A program made the translations under genes and the position numbers. Under the pieces are notes generated by a model, which had not been told where the DNA came from, made no database searches, and saw only the letters and a program-made list of their open reading frames with translations. From IMG/VR virus record IMGVR_UViG_3300045988_147321: 64,000 bases of DNA. One strand, written 5' to 3'. Below are positions 53,649-64,000 of the stretch, piece by piece (the stretch's first letter is position 1; each line of letters begins with the position of its first letter). This DNA is from a virus. Lineage: Duplodnaviria; Heunggongvirae; Uroviricota; Caudoviricetes.

Positions 53649-54280
53649 CCAGAATCACTGAAGAGCGTATATTAGAGATTATTTCCCGTATCGAAATGTA
53701 TGGTCACGGTGCTGGATATACGGCAGATGAAGTATTGGAAATAGCCCAGCAGATGCTGGCCTTGAGACAAAAAGAGCAACATGAAAGTAATACGTGTAGA
53801 TTGAATTTTGAGCAGTGGCTGGAACAGCAACGCGCGAAAATCGATGTGGACTGCGGTTGTGTGTCCACTGAAACATTCATGCACTGGCTGCGGGTAGCTT
53901 ACGAGGCTGGCAACTATCCGGATATTCCGGATAGTTCGGTGCCAGCGCCAGGAAAGGGCGTCACCGGTGAACGTATCCGCATTAAGCCGCATGTTTATCG
54001 CGAACTGGTTAACCGTCTCCACGATACAGCGATCAAGTGTGCTGGCACCCAGCAATTACGAGAAAGAATTAGCCGTGTTTTGGGCGACGTTATTACACCA
54101 GATCATCATAAACAAGCCGAGAAAAGTGACCTGGAAAGGTGTCACCTTGAGGCGGCATTAAACATTAAGCCGGGGCATACGCTTGGCATTATTGATGCAC
54201 TATTGGTTCATAAGATGGCCAGGGCTTTATTGCCGCTGGTGGCTGAAAAGCATGAGGTGGACCATGCCAACGAAAGCTGA
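53630..54280 (+). CDS. hypothetical protein, 216 aa
   Basis: ORF track. Confidence 0.35.
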   Translation: MAQKEMTRITEERILEIISRIEMYGHGAGYTADEVLEIAQQMLALRQKEQHESNTCRLNFEQWLEQQRAKIDVDCGCVSTETFMHWLRVAYEAGNYPDIPDSSVPAPGKGVTGERIRIKPHVYRELVNRLHDTAIKCAGTQQLRERISRVLGDVITPDHHKQAEKSDLERCHLEAALNIKPGHTLGIIDALLVHKMARALLPLVAEKHEVDHANES

Positions 54281-54548
54281 ATTACAGGTGCGCGTAGATG
54301 AGCTTGAAAAAGAGAACGCGAGCCTCAAAAAAATGCTGTCGCGGGCGGAAAGGGAATTATCAGGCAAATTATTGCCTGAAGAACTGCCACCAGCAGATAT
54401 ACCTGATCGAGTGTCCTGGTGGATGAAGTATTTCCGTGCACCGTGGGAGGCGTTTTGGTGCTACGACCATCGCAGATGGTGTGATGAACTTGATAGCAAT
54501 TTTCCCTACTTTGCGGAAGGGAACACCTGCCCTCAATGCAGGGGATAG
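54183..54548 (+). CDS. hypothetical Cys-containing protein, 121 aa
   Basis: ORF track. Confidence 0.3.
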   Translation: MALLMHYWFIRWPGLYCRWWLKSMRWTMPTKAELQVRVDELEKENASLKKMLSRAERELSGKLLPEELPPADIPDRVSWWMKYFRAPWEAFWCYDHRRWCDELDSNFPYFAEGNTCPQCRG

Positions 54549-54915
54549 CATTTGACGAAATCGATCACCCTATCCTGAACTTCAGAAAGAAGGTCTTTTT
54601 CACGCGCCAGGACGTCAGGATATTGACGTTCTGGCCTTACCAGATGCCGGAGCTTCCCATTAAGCAGAATGGCCTCAGAAAACACTTTTACGCTGTGCTT
54701 TATCCCCTCTGTTTCACTTTTCAGCGTCAAAATAAAGCGCAATTGCTTATTAGCCTGATTCGGATTCAATACACGAATTTGCAGTTCGTCTATGCTGTTC
54801 CGCAATGGGATTGATGCCACCACACTGGTGCAGTCTCTGATTGTCTGAATTGAACGGCTAACATTGAGAACGTTATTGTGCATGTGCCTGATCCACTAAC
54901 TCCTGGAGGTTTCTT

Positions 54916-55167
54916 GTGTCAGATCGAAATATAGCAGCTAAAAGCCAGGAAGAGCGAGACAAGGTGAACGTAGACCTTGCCGCCAGCGGCGTTGCTTACA
55001 AAGAACGGCTGAATATACCTGTGATTGCAGAGCAGGTGGCCCGTGAGCAACCGGAAAACCTGCGCGCCTATTTCATGGAACGGCTACGGCACTACCGGCA
55101 GTTAAGCCTCCAGTTGCCAAAAGGGAGCGATCCGGTGTATCAGAACGAGGATGCACCAAAAAAATAA
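54916..55167 (+). CDS. hot: Hot, homolog of DNA polymerase III theta subunit, 83 aa, GTG start
   Basis: Size and position upstream of humD. Confidence 0.7.
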   Translation: MSDRNIAAKSQEERDKVNVDLAASGVAYKERLNIPVIAEQVAREQPENLRAYFMERLRHYRQLSLQLPKGSDPVYQNEDAPKK

Positions 55168-55254
55168 CGGCAAGATGGGGGAGAAATGTGATTAGCCCCC
55201 AGCGTGGCGCGCCTACAAACCCCGCTTTCACAAACTATGCCTTTTCAATGTATA

Positions 55255-55270
55255 CTGTATGAATAAACAG
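55255..55270. promoter_or_regulatory. LexA box (CTGTATGAATAAACAG) upstream of humD
   Basis: CTGT-N8-ACAG consensus 20 nt before the humD start. Confidence 0.7.
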
Positions 55271-55290
55271 TATCATTGAGGTAAAACGCT

Positions 55291-55680
55291 ATGGGCTTCC
55301 CTTCTCCTGCGGCGGATTATGTTGAAAGCCGAATTTCTCTTGATCAGCAGATAATTAGACATCCTTCAGCGACCTACTTCATGCGGGCAGCTGATAGCCA
55401 TCACCGTGAGGGAATATTGCAGGGTGCTTTGCTGGTGGTTGATTCCTCGCTTACTCCGGTTGATGGTTCTCTGCTTGTGTGCGCTATGGAGGGTGAATAT
55501 CGCATAAAGAGATACAGGAAGTATCCGCGCCAGCACCTGGAGGACTTAAGCACCGGGAAGAAAGAGGCGTTACCAGTAGATGACGATGGATACACGGGCA
55601 GTAATGCTGTTTTTGGTGTGATCACTCATGTCATCAATGATGCCCGAAGTGGGGAATTTGATGATTGTCCGGTTATTTAA
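55291..55680 (+). CDS. humD: HumD, UmuD-like SOS mutagenesis protein, 129 aa
   Basis: UmuD/LexA-type peptidase fold; LexA box upstream. Confidence 0.8.
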   Translation: MGFPSPAADYVESRISLDQQIIRHPSATYFMRAADSHHREGILQGALLVVDSSLTPVDGSLLVCAMEGEYRIKRYRKYPRQHLEDLSTGKKEALPVDDDGYTGSNAVFGVITHVINDARSGEFDDCPVI

Positions 55681-55752
55681 GCTGCAAAGTGCTGGTGCTT
55701 TATGCCTGTGAAGTTTATAATTGTGTACACATAACGAGTACACGAGGTGTTT

Positions 55753-55974
55753 ATGCAATCCATTAACTTCCGTACCGCGCGTGGCAACCTTTCTGAAGTG
55801 CTCAACAATGTTGAAGCCGGGGAAGAGGTTGAAATCACCCGCAGAGGCCGTGAGCCAGCAGTAATTGTCAGCAAGGCTACTTTCGAAGCCTACAAAAAAG
55901 CGGCGCTGGATGCTGAATTTGCATCCCTGTTTGACACCCTGGACTCCACCAACAAGGAACTGGTTAACCGATAA
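55753..55974 (+). CDS. phd: Phd antitoxin, 73 aa
   Basis: Sequence [49 protein letters not shown] matches P1 Phd as recalled. Confidence 0.9.
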
Positions 55975-56354
55975 TGAGGCATATATCACCGGAAGAACTT
56001 ATTGCGCTTCATGATGCGAATATAAGCCGCTACGGCGGCCTGCCTGGCATGTCAGATCCGGGCAGGGCAGAGGCCATTATCGGGAGAGTTCAGGCCAGAG
56101 TTGCCTACGAAGAGATCACCGACCTTTTCGAAGTCTCCGCCACCTACCTGGTGGCTACAGCGAGAGGGCATATATTCAATGATGCCAATAAGCGTACCGC
56201 GCTAAACAGCGCGCTGCTATTTCTACGCCGTAACGGGGTGCAGGTATTTGATTCACCTGAACTGGCAGACCTTACTGTAGGCGCTGCGACTGGCGAGATA
56301 TCTGTATCTTCTGTCGCCGACACGTTACGTAGATTGTATGGTTCTGCGGAGTAG
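55974..56354 (+). CDS. doc: Doc toxin (Fic-family kinase), 126 aa
   Basis: Fic-like motif [11 protein letters not shown]; TAATG coupling to phd. Confidence 0.9.
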
Positions 56355-56538
56355 ATTAATGGCACGCAAATACAACAAATTGTCCCGTGAAGCGTTAAAG
56401 ATGCTTCTTGATGGCGTGAGTCGCCGCGAGGTAAAGCAATACCTGGTTGGTAAGCAAATTGGAGCCAGGACTGCTATTGCTGTGTTATGCCGTCAGGAAA
56501 TGGTTGTGCTTAAACAGAGAATGCCGGGCAGCAGATAA
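56338..56538 (+). CDS. small protein downstream of doc, 66 aa
   Basis: ORF track. Confidence 0.35.
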
Positions 56539-56565
56539 AGCCCAATCAGTGATGAAAGGTGTGAT

Positions 56566-57609
56566 GTGAAAGCCGTAATTACTCCCTTTGTACAAAAAGA
56601 GCTTGGCGTCGCCACATTCAAAGTGGATCAGGAAGTCAGAAAGCTGGTGGAGGCTGGCCGTAAATTTATTATGGAGCCGGTGCCGCGTGAGTTAATCGAG
56701 CACATGGACGACGGCCTCGTTGTTTCCGAGCAAACTATGGCAACAAATGAGGCGTTGCAGCCGTTTTTTAACAGCGATGAACTGTTTCGCCGTATTGGTG
56801 GAATTGACGCGCTGGTGGCGTGGTTGCGCAGGAAAGAGGGGCAATGCCAGGCCGCAGATCGTAGCTGGTGTGACAACCATATTGTCCACGCAGAACGAGA
56901 CAATAGCGCGGTGTTGTTGTGCTGGCATCACGATAACCATTACCGGATGCGTGGTTTTAATGAGCTGAAAGAAACGCTGCATAATAATCGCGTTAACTGG
57001 ATACTGGATGTCGCCCGTCAGGAAATGGGGCTTTCAGATGGCCATGATTTAAGTATTCAGGAACTGTGCTGGTGGGCTTTCATGCGCAACATGATGCACC
57101 TGATGCCGGAAGAAGTTTGCCGTATATCAATAAATAAGATGAAAGCCGCAACGCAGGATAGCGGACCTCTGAAAGAGGCGGATATTCGCCCGTATGACGA
57201 TCGCGCTACAGCATATGTTCAGATGATGGAAGAACGCGCCGCGCCGATGCGTGCAAAAGTATGCCCTGTGGATGTTGACTCCGACCCTGGCATGGCGCAT
57301 TTCAAAATACCAAAACTGCAATCGCTAAAATTACCTGAGTACATGGACTTTGTTGCTTCCCGTCCATGCTGTGGGTGTGGAGCGGCGGGAGCTGGCGCTC
57401 ACATTACGCCTTATATCGTTCGTCATAGTCGATTATGCGCGCATGACATTTACGCAATTCCTCTGTGCCAGTCATGCCAGCGTGATATTGAGCGTGACCG
57501 CGATAATTGGGAGAAGACGCACGGTAGGCTGGCGATGCATCAACGATTGTTCTTTGATTACGCGCTTGGAGTCGGCGCTATCACAAGTCACTCGTCGAGC
57601 GTTAGATAA
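56566..57609 (+). CDS. Cys/His-rich protein downstream of doc, 347 aa
   Basis: Multiple CxxC/HxxH clusters. Confidence 0.4.
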   Translation: MKAVITPFVQKELGVATFKVDQEVRKLVEAGRKFIMEPVPRELIEHMDDGLVVSEQTMATNEALQPFFNSDELFRRIGGIDALVAWLRRKEGQCQAADRSWCDNHIVHAERDNSAVLLCWHHDNHYRMRGFNELKETLHNNRVNWILDVARQEMGLSDGHDLSIQELCWWAFMRNMMHLMPEEVCRISINKMKAATQDSGPLKEADIRPYDDRATAYVQMMEERAAPMRAKVCPVDVDSDPGMAHFKIPKLQSLKLPEYMDFVASRPCCGCGAAGAGAHITPYIVRHSRLCAHDIYAIPLCQSCQRDIERDRDNWEKTHGRLAMHQRLFFDYALGVGAITSHSSSVR

Positions 57610-57610
57610 A

Positions 57611-57627
57611 ATTGCTCTAATGTATTG
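57611..57627 (+). promoter_or_regulatory. C1-operator-like site (ATTGCTCTAATGTATTG) upstream of lpa
   Basis: 11-nt core conserved, 3 mismatches in the 3' part. Confidence 0.4.
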
Positions 57628-57697
57628 CTATTTCTTTAATCGAGGGTATTATATTCCACGTTGATTAGTTGACATGGGCTAATCAGTAGGTGACAGG

Positions 57698-58150
57698 ATG
57701 TTACTTAACTGGCAGGGACGCCACTTCATGGAAATAAATCACTCACGAATAACATCGTACGAGATTGCGGATTACATGATCCGCACTAAATCTCTTCTAT
57801 CAGCGAAAGAACTCGCAGCAATTCTTGAAAAGGAATACCCGCATCTGGATGTCGATAAGCGCGATGTTTATCTGCGCTTAAAGGCTATCGCTGTGTCTAA
57901 GTATTCGTCTGTTTTGATTGATGACAGTACACGCCCACGTAGATTTCAGATCCACTCTCTGAATCCTGAATTCTTTCGCCGTAGCCGCGCTCCGCGCCGG
58001 TTTGATGAAAAACTCCAGAACGAACTCTATATGACGCAGGACGAAAAGGAACGCCGGGAGCACCAGCCTTGGGTAATGGCGCGTCAACTTTTCAATAAGG
58101 TGGCCCGTCAGCACCGTCATTACGGTAATGCCACATCCGCACGTATCTGA
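57698..58150 (+). CDS. lpa: Lpa late promoter activator, 150 aa
   Basis: Position between the doc-downstream genes and pacA; size. Confidence 0.7.
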   Translation: MLLNWQGRHFMEINHSRITSYEIADYMIRTKSLLSAKELAAILEKEYPHLDVDKRDVYLRLKAIAVSKYSSVLIDDSTRPRRFQIHSLNPEFFRRSRAPRRFDEKLQNELYMTQDEKERREHQPWVMARQLFNKVARQHRHYGNATSARI

Positions 58151-58180
58151 TTGATTGCTTGCCCGTTCCGGGCCTTTTGA

Positions 58181-58200
58181 CATGTGACTTTCGTTACCCT
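58181..58200 (+). promoter_or_regulatory. candidate late promoter (GTGAC-N6-TACCCT) upstream of pacA
   Basis: Shares ATGTGACTTTC with the element upstream of the capsid gene. Confidence 0.3.
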
Positions 58201-58235
58201 CGCGTCAAAAAGAGTTTTTACGAAAGGAAGCATAA

Positions 58236-59429
58236 GTGACCTGGGACGATCACAAGAAGAATTTTGCTCGCCTGGCGCGAGATGGTGGTTACACCATCGC
58301 ACAGTATGCCGCCGAGTTTAATCTTAACCCTAATACTGCACGTCGTTATCTCCGTGCCTTCAAAGAAGACACCAGGACAGCGGACAGCCGCAAGCCAAAT
58401 AAGCCAGTCAGGAAGCCACTAAAAAGCATGATCATTGATCACTCTAATGATCAACATGCAGGTGATCACATTGTGGCTGAAATAGCGGAAAAACAAAGGG
58501 TTAATGCCGTTGTCAGTGCCGCAGTCGAGAATGCGAAGCGCCAAAATAAGCGCATAAATGATCGTTCTGATGATCATGACGTGATCACCCGCGCCCACCG
58601 GACCTTACGTGATCGCCTGGAACGCGACACCCTGGATGATGATGGTGAACGCTTTGAATTCGAAGCTGGCGATTACCTGATAGATAACGTTGAAGCGCGG
58701 AAGGCTGCGCGCGCTATGTTGCGTCGGTCCGGGGCCGATGTTCTGGAAACCACTCTTCTGGAAAAGTCTCTTTCTCATCTCCTTATGCTGGAGAATGCCA
58801 GGGATACGTGTATTCGTCTGGTGCAGGAAATGCGCGATCAGCAAAAAGACGATGATGAAGGGACTCCGCCTGAATATCGTATCGCGAGCATGCTAAACAG
58901 CTGTTCCGCGCAGATAAGCAGCCTGATCAACACCATTTACAGCATCCGGAATAACTATCGAAAAGAAAGCCGGGAGGCGGAAAAGCACGCTTTATCTATG
59001 GGGCAAGCTGGCATTGTTAAGCTGGCATACGAACGAAAGCGTGAAAATAACTGGTCAGTGCTGGAAGCAGCTGAATTCATCGAGGCGCATGGCGGAAAAG
59101 TGCCGCCCCTGATGCTGGAGCAAATCAAAGCCGATCTGCGTGCTCCTAAGACCAATACCGATGATGAGGAAAGGCAAACAGCCGTCGGTGGCCCTTCTCT
59201 TGAAGATCTGGACAAAGTTGCGCGAGAACGGGCCGCCAACCGCCGCGCCGATGCCGCATTGTGGATTGAGCAGCGTAGGGAAGAAATCGCCGATATCGTT
59301 GATACAGGCGGTTATGGAGATGTTGATACTGAAGGTGTATCAAACGACCCATGGCTGGAACAAGACCTGGACGAAGACGAGGAGGAAGACGAAGAAGTTA
59401 CCCGCAAGCTATACGGGGATGATGATTAA
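58236..59429 (+). CDS. pacA: PacA terminase small subunit, 397 aa, GTG start
   Basis: Contains the pac site; size. Confidence 0.85.
   Translation: MTWDDHKKNFARLARDGGYTIAQYAAEFNLNPNTARRYLRAFKEDTRTADSRKPNKPVRKPLKSMIIDHSNDQHAGDHIVAEIAEKQRVNAVVSAAVENAKRQNKRINDRSDDHDVITRAHRTLRDRLERDTLDDDGERFEFEAGDYLIDNVEARKAARAMLRRSGADVLETTLLEKSLSHLLMLENARDTCIRLVQEMRDQQKDDDEGTPPEYRIASMLNSCSAQISSLINTIYSIRNNYRKESREAEKHALSMGQAGIVKLAYERKRENNWSVLEAAEFIEAHGGKVPPLMLEQIKADLRAPKTNTDDEERQTAVGGPSLEDLDKVARERAANRRADAALWIEQRREEIADIVDTGGYGDVDTEGVSNDPWLEQDLDEDEEEDEEVTRKLYGDDD
58428..58590. other. pac: pac packaging site: seven TGATCA/G hexamers in 4 + 3 clusters
   Basis: Four hexamers at 58429-58468 and three at 58557-58588, all containing GATC. 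Confidence 0.85.
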
Positions 59430-60913
59430 TGGCCAGAAGTTGCGTAACGGATCCACGTTGGCGCGAGCTGGTGGCGCTATATCGTTATGACTGGATTGCT
59501 GCCGCTGATGTTTTGTTCGGCAAAACACCTACCTGGCAGCAGGATCTGATTATTGAGTCTGTGCAGGAACAGGGCAGCAAGACATCTGTTTCGTCTGGTC
59601 ACGGTACCGGGAAATCAGACATGACTTCTATCATGATCATGTTGTTCATAATCATGTATCCCGGTGCCCGCGCCATTATCGTTGCGAACAAAATTCAGCA
59701 GGTAATGACCGGTATATTCAAGTACATCAAGATAAACTGGGCTACTGCCACCAGCCGTTTTCCATGGCTTGCTGATTATTTTGTTCTGACAGAAACCGCT
59801 TTCTATGAGGTTACTGGTAAAGGTGTATGGACTGTAGTACCGAAGGGCTTTCGTCTGGGAAGTGAAGAAGCTCTCGCCGGTGAACACGCAGATCATCTTC
59901 TGTATATTATCGATGAAGCCTCCGGTGTCAGTGATAGAGCTTTCGGTATCATCACCGGTGCTCTTACCGGACAGGATAACCGCATCTTATTACTGTCACA
60001 GCCTACACGCCCAAGCGGCTATTTCTACGATACTCACCATAAACTGGCCAAGCGTCCTGGTAACCCTGATGGCGTTTATACGGCGATCACGCTTAACAGT
60101 GAGGAATCACCGCTGGTAACGCCAGCATTTATCAAAATGAAGCTGGCGGAGTACGGCGGGCGTGATAACCCTATGTACATGATTAAGGTACGCGGACTAT
60201 TCCCTAAATCACAGGATGGCTTCCTTCTTGGACGTGATGAGGTTGAACGTGCGACGCGGCGGAAAGTCAAGATTGCCAAAGGATGGGGCTGGCTTGCATG
60301 TGTGGACGTTGCTGGTGGTACGGGACGGGATAAGTCCGTTATCAATATCATGATGGTGTCCGGCCAGAGAAATAAACGCCGTGTAATCAACTATCGAATG
60401 CTGGAATACACAGACGTTACAGAAACGCAGCTTGCCGCCAAAATTTTCGCAGAATGTAATCCTGAGCGATTCCCAAATATCACCATAGCGATAGACGGCG
60501 ATGGGCTGGGTAAAGCAACGGCGGATCTGATGTACGAGTATTATGGTATTACCGTACAGCGTATACGCTGGGGTAAAAAGATGCATAGCCGTGAAGATAA
60601 GAGCCTGTACTTTGATAAACGTGCTTATGCCAACGTTCAAGCCGCAGAGGCCGTAAAATCAGGTCGTATGAGACTGGATAAGGGTAATGAAACTATTGAG
60701 GAAGCGTCGAAAATCCCTGTAGGGATTAACTCCGCCGGTCAATGGAAGGTGATGAGTAAGGAGGATATGAAGAAAAAACTCAACCTGCACTCACCAGACC
60801 ATTGGGATACATATTGTTTCGCTATGCTGGCGGATTATGTTCCCCAGGATGAAGTGCTTAGCGTCGAAGAAGAAGCGCAGGTTGATGAAGCTCTGGCATG
60901 GCTTAATGAATAA
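59429..60913 (+). CDS. pacB: PacB terminase large subunit, 494 aa
   Basis: Size; TAATG coupling to pacA. Confidence 0.85.
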   Translation: MARSCVTDPRWRELVALYRYDWIAAADVLFGKTPTWQQDLIIESVQEQGSKTSVSSGHGTGKSDMTSIMIMLFIIMYPGARAIIVANKIQQVMTGIFKYIKINWATATSRFPWLADYFVLTETAFYEVTGKGVWTVVPKGFRLGSEEALAGEHADHLLYIIDEASGVSDRAFGIITGALTGQDNRILLLSQPTRPSGYFYDTHHKLAKRPGNPDGVYTAITLNSEESPLVTPAFIKMKLAEYGGRDNPMYMIKVRGLFPKSQDGFLLGRDEVERATRRKVKIAKGWGWLACVDVAGGTGRDKSVINIMMVSGQRNKRRVINYRMLEYTDVTETQLAAKIFAECNPERFPNITIAIDGDGLGKATADLMYEYYGITVQRIRWGKKMHSREDKSLYFDKRAYANVQAAEAVKSGRMRLDKGNETIEEASKIPVGINSAGQWKVMSKEDMKKKLNLHSPDHWDTYCFAMLADYVPQDEVLSVEEEAQVDEALAWLNE

Positions 60914-60937
60914 CTCATTGACCATGCCGGATGGAAA

Positions 60938-61789
60938 CTATTGCGCGCTTTCGGGGTTGTCGTTTACTGGCTGCCCCTTCTTAGTTTTACGGCTGCGCGT
61001 AACTGATGCGGCTGATTTGACCTTTTTCTCTTCGCGAGTGATGGCAATTTGTTTTTTTACATTTTCAATATCTGCCAGGCGATATATTTTTGCCTGCGGC
61101 CAGCGGTCGCAGATGATCGGTTCTATAGAGTCATAAAGGCTAAATTTTGCTTTCTCGAATTCACCGTTGATGATAATTCCATCACGGAGAGTTTCATCGC
61201 AGATAAACACACCACATAGCGGCACATGGTAACTAACTGATTTACCATCATTGTAGTTAGGGCTACTAGAAATGTAATGGACGCGCAGCATTGTTTCGCT
61301 AAAGCCGTGTACGCGCATACGGAATTTTTCATCCTCCGGGTACTGCTTCATTAGCTCTTTTGTTGCTTCCAGGTTCTCTATGTATTTCGCACTGTGCTCA
61401 TTGATCCCTGCGCTTTTCTGGATGCGAATGTCCTTATCAATCAGATGAATAATGCGGCCAGCGGTCATGTTGACGCTGTTCACAGCTTCTGTCTGATAAG
61501 TCGTAACCTTACGCACACCGCGAAGGATGTTAGGCACTGGATATAAAATAGTCTTTGGGATATTGAGGTCTGGGTACTGTTCCAGTTCCCGCGCCATTAA
61601 AGTCCATTTATCAATTTCAGCCTGAATGCTGTCAGTTTCTTTGAACGGCAGAACGACAACCGGGCGTACAGGACGACCGTCGCTGGCGGCATCAACGTGT
61701 TGGGCGCGTGCAACAGCTTTTTTTAGAAAGAGATCCCTGAAGCTGACGAACTCCTGGTACAGTTGTTCGCCGTAGACATAATTTATCAT
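60938..61789 (-). CDS. c1: C1 repressor of lysis, 283 aa
   Basis: N-terminus MINYVYGEQLYQEF and size match P1 C1 as recalled; operators nearby. Confidence 0.9.
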   Translation of the reverse strand: MINYVYGEQLYQEFVSFRDLFLKKAVARAQHVDAASDGRPVRPVVVLPFKETDSIQAEIDKWTLMARELEQYPDLNIPKTILYPVPNILRGVRKVTTYQTEAVNSVNMTAGRIIHLIDKDIRIQKSAGINEHSAKYIENLEATKELMKQYPEDEKFRMRVHGFSETMLRVHYISSSPNYNDGKSVSYHVPLCGVFICDETLRDGIIINGEFEKAKFSLYDSIEPIICDRWPQAKIYRLADIENVKKQIAITREEKKVKSAASVTRSRKTKKGQPVNDNPESAQ

Positions 61790-61883
61790 TGATCCTCCTC
61801 CAGAATTGACATGGCCAACAACTCACAGCGGATTACACTGGGAGTTGTTGGCCACCATTATAGAAGGATCCAACGAAAATAAT

Positions 61884-61900
61884 AGATTTATTAGTGCATT
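61884..61900 (-). promoter_or_regulatory. C1-operator-like variant between coi and c1
   Basis: AATGCACTAATAAATCT in minus sense, 3 mismatches. Confidence 0.35.
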
Positions 61901-62109
61901 TATTGTGAGTCTGGCTGGTTAGTGGCCATGAGATATTCGATTGTGTCAGTGAGATCATCCAGGTCGTCTTGGGTGATGCGGTACTCCTGATTGGATATCT
62001 TTGAGTAGTGTTCAGCAATGGCGCGGGCAGCGTCGGTTTCGGCGGGGTCTACAGATAAAGCGTTAGAGCAATGTCTAACGTCGTCGATGGTTGGTGGAAT
62101 GAAAGCCAT
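61900..62109 (-). CDS. coi: Coi, C1 inactivator, 69 aa
   Basis: Size and position immediately upstream of c1. Confidence 0.75.
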   Translation of the reverse strand: MAFIPPTIDDVRHCSNALSVDPAETDAARAIAEHYSKISNQEYRITQDDLDDLTDTIEYLMATNQPDSQ

Positions 62110-62346
62110 AATTATGCCTCACTGTATTGACAACACAGAGCCTGAAGCTCTGACCTACTGTTTCACCCATGATCCATGCTGGGGTAATCTAACAACATTG
62201 CGCTGTGTGTAAGATGAGCAATGCATAGCTGTAATGCCGTTGTATAAGGTTTCCCTGTTTGCTCATTTCCTTCTGAGCCGCTCTACAACGCTGAAGACAC
62301 ATTAAATAGTGAATCCAAAGTCGTATTACGAAACGGCGGCAAAACT

Positions 62347-62363
62347 ATAATTTATTAGAGCAA
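62347..62363 (-). promoter_or_regulatory. C1 repressor operator (ATTGCTCTAATAAATTA in minus sense)
   Basis: 1 mismatch to consensus. Confidence 0.6.
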
Positions 62364-62430
62364 TTGTCAAACAACTATGAAAAACAATCCAGTTTTTGGC
62401 TGGTGGAGTGGGATTTTTCTCTCAAAATTT

Positions 62431-62447
62431 ATTGCTCTAATAATTCT
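62431..62447 (+). promoter_or_regulatory. C1-operator-like site (ATTGCTCTAATAATTCT)
   Basis: Core conserved; part of the operator cluster upstream of coi/c1. Confidence 0.5.
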
Positions 62448-62490
62448 TGATTTTTATGCGCAGCTGGACGTAAACTCCTCTTCAGACCTA

Positions 62491-62524
62491 ATAACTTCGT
62501 ATAGCATATATTATACGAAGTTAT
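62491..62524. other. lox recombination site: 13-bp arms ATAACTTCGTATA / TATACGAAGTTAT with 8-bp spacer GCATATAT
   Basis: Arms identical to loxP; spacer differs from GCATACAT at one position. Confidence 0.9.
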
Positions 62525-62543
62525 CTTAAGGGTTATTGAACAT

Positions 62544-62616
62544 GATCAATTTACCTGTAAATCCATACAGTTCAATACCTTATCAGGTCAAATAGTGATC
62601 ACTTGATCATTTGATC
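62544..62616. promoter_or_regulatory. GATC (Dam) site cluster in the cre upstream region
   Basis: Four GATC sites within 73 bp. Confidence 0.6.
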
Positions 62617-62713
62617 AAGGTTGCGCTACGTAAAATCTGCGAAATGTTGGCAGTGTTAGTGCTCCAGATTTCGCGTAGCGCACTTAGCACCACCAATCAA
62701 TCAGAGGTGAAAA

Positions 62714-62935
62714 ATGGGATATTCAGCTGCTAAAGTGTCCACTCATCTTGAGCTTGAGAAAAACCGTGGTTACTGGCGGGCAAAAGGGTTTGATCGTGAT
62801 AGTTGCCAACTGTCATTATCGCGCGGTGAAGAGAAAATAGAACGCACGCGCGGTCGCTGGCGTTTCTATGACGAGAACCATAAACAGGTAAAGGCAGAGC
62901 CGATCCTGTACACTTTACTTAAAACCATTATCTGA
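62714..62935 (+). CDS. small basic protein, 73 aa, immediately upstream of cre
   Basis: ATG preceded by AGAGGTGAAAA; ends 8 nt before the cre ATG. Confidence 0.4.
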   Translation: MGYSAAKVSTHLELEKNRGYWRAKGFDRDSCQLSLSRGEEKIERTRGRWRFYDENHKQVKAEPILYTLLKTII

Positions 62936-62942
62936 GTGTTAA

Positions 62943-63974
62943 ATGTCCAATTTACTGACCGTACACCAAAATTTGCCTGCATTACCGGTCGATGCAACGA
63001 GTGATGAGGTTCGCAAGAACCTGATGGACATGTTCAGGGATCGCCAGGCGTTTTCTGAGCATACCTGGAAAATGCTTCTGTCCGTTTGCCGGTCGTGGGC
63101 GGCATGGTGCAAGTTGAATAACCGGAAATGGTTTCCCGCAGAACCTGAAGATGTTCGCGATTATCTTCTATATCTTCAGGCGCGCGGTCTGGCAGTAAAA
63201 ACTATCCAGCAACATTTGGGCCAGCTAAACATGCTTCATCGTCGGTCCGGGCTGCCACGACCAAGTGACAGCAATGCTGTTTCACTGGTCATGCGGCGGA
63301 TTCGAAAAGAAAACGTTGATGCCGGTGAACGTGCAAAACAGGCATTGGCGTTCGAACGCACTGATTTCGACCAGGTTCGTTCACTCATGGAAAATAGCGA
63401 TCGCTGCCAGGATATACGTAATCTGGCATTTCTTGGGATTGCTTATAATACCCTGCTACGTATAGCAGAAATTGCCAGGATCAGGGTTAAAGATATCTCA
63501 CGTACTGACGGTGGGAGAATGTTAATCCATATTGGCAGAACGAAAACGCTGGTTAGCACCGCAGGTGTAGAGAAGGCACTTAGCCTGGGGGTAACTAAAC
63601 TGGTCGAGCGATGGATTTCTGTCTCTGGTGTAGCTGATGATCCGAATAACTACCTGTTTTGCCGGGTCAGAAAAAATGGTGTTGCCGCGCCATCTGCCAC
63701 CAGCCAGCTATCAACTCGCGCCCTGGAAGGGATTTTTGAAGCAACTCATCGATTGATTTACGGCGCTAAGGATGACTCTGGTCAGAGATACCTGGCCTGG
63801 TCTGGACACAGTGCCCGTGTCGGAGCAGCGCGAGATATGGCCCGCGCTGGAGTTTCAATACCGGAGATCATGCAAGCTGGTGGCTGGACCAATGTAAATA
63901 TTGTCATGAACTATATCCGTAACCTGGATAGTGAAACAGGGGCAATGGTGCGCCTGCTGGAAGATGGCAATTAG
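62943..63974 (+). CDS. cre: Cre tyrosine recombinase, 343 aa
   Basis: Sequence MSNLLTVHQNLPALPVDATSDEVRKNLMDMFRDRQAFSEHTWK ... matches Cre as recalled. Confidence 0.95.
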   Translation: MSNLLTVHQNLPALPVDATSDEVRKNLMDMFRDRQAFSEHTWKMLLSVCRSWAAWCKLNNRKWFPAEPEDVRDYLLYLQARGLAVKTIQQHLGQLNMLHRRSGLPRPSDSNAVSLVMRRIRKENVDAGERAKQALAFERTDFDQVRSLMENSDRCQDIRNLAFLGIAYNTLLRIAEIARIRVKDISRTDGGRMLIHIGRTKTLVSTAGVEKALSLGVTKLVERWISVSGVADDPNNYLFCRVRKNGVAAPSATSQLSTRALEGIFEATHRLIYGAKDDSGQRYLAWSGHSARVGAARDMARAGVSIPEIMQAGGWTNVNIVMNYIRNLDSETGAMVRLLEDGN

Positions 63975-63991
63975 CCATTAACGCGTAAATG

Positions 63992-64000
63992 ATTGCTCTA
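63992..64000 (+). promoter_or_regulatory. start of a C1-operator-like site (ATTGCTCTA), truncated by the window end
   Basis: First 9 nt of the consensus. Confidence 0.35.

Noticed and set aside
55570-55989. Minus-strand ORF overlapping phd-doc
   Set aside because: Antisense to the well-supported phd-doc pair; shadow ORF.
62943-63974. Cre as evidence of an integrative mobile element or integron
   Set aside because: In P1-type replicons Cre/lox serves plasmid dimer resolution and cyclisation; no attachment-site duplication or cargo cassette structure is visible.

Overview
This 64 kb window reads as roughly two-thirds of a P1-like plasmid-prophage genome (P1 gene order recalled from memory, no database search run). 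In order it carries a minus-strand tail fibre/baseplate/sit block (1-9439), an AT-rich three-gene secreted/membrane module (9594-11878), the immI region ant1-kilA-repL (12279-15380), a Hok-like toxin locus (15690-16120), tail sheath and major capsid genes (16130-21470), parS-parB-parA (21586-23889), a single-gene cassette wedged between parA and the incA iterons (24029-24867), repA with incA/incC iterons and oriR, a spanin-like pair and PAAR protein, hrdC, the Dcm/Dam fusion methylase dmt, three tRNAs embedded in about 1.7 kb of structured repeats, TerB-like tciA, ban, dbn, a second baseplate block, a long plus-strand late-gene block (pmg-type), hot, humD, phd-doc, lpa, pacA/pacB with the pac site, c1, coi, a lox site and cre. 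C1-operator-like 17-mers recur across the window. The strongest candidates for undescribed biology are the unlisted Hok/Gef-family type I toxin next to repL, the T5orf172/GIY-YIG-like cassette between the par promoter and incA, the AT-rich secreted module whose last gene ends in a Sit-mimicking segment, and the tRNA-associated structured-repeat array. Gene symbols are given only where the protein length and sequence match what I recall of P1; most structural and pmg-type calls are positional or motif-based.
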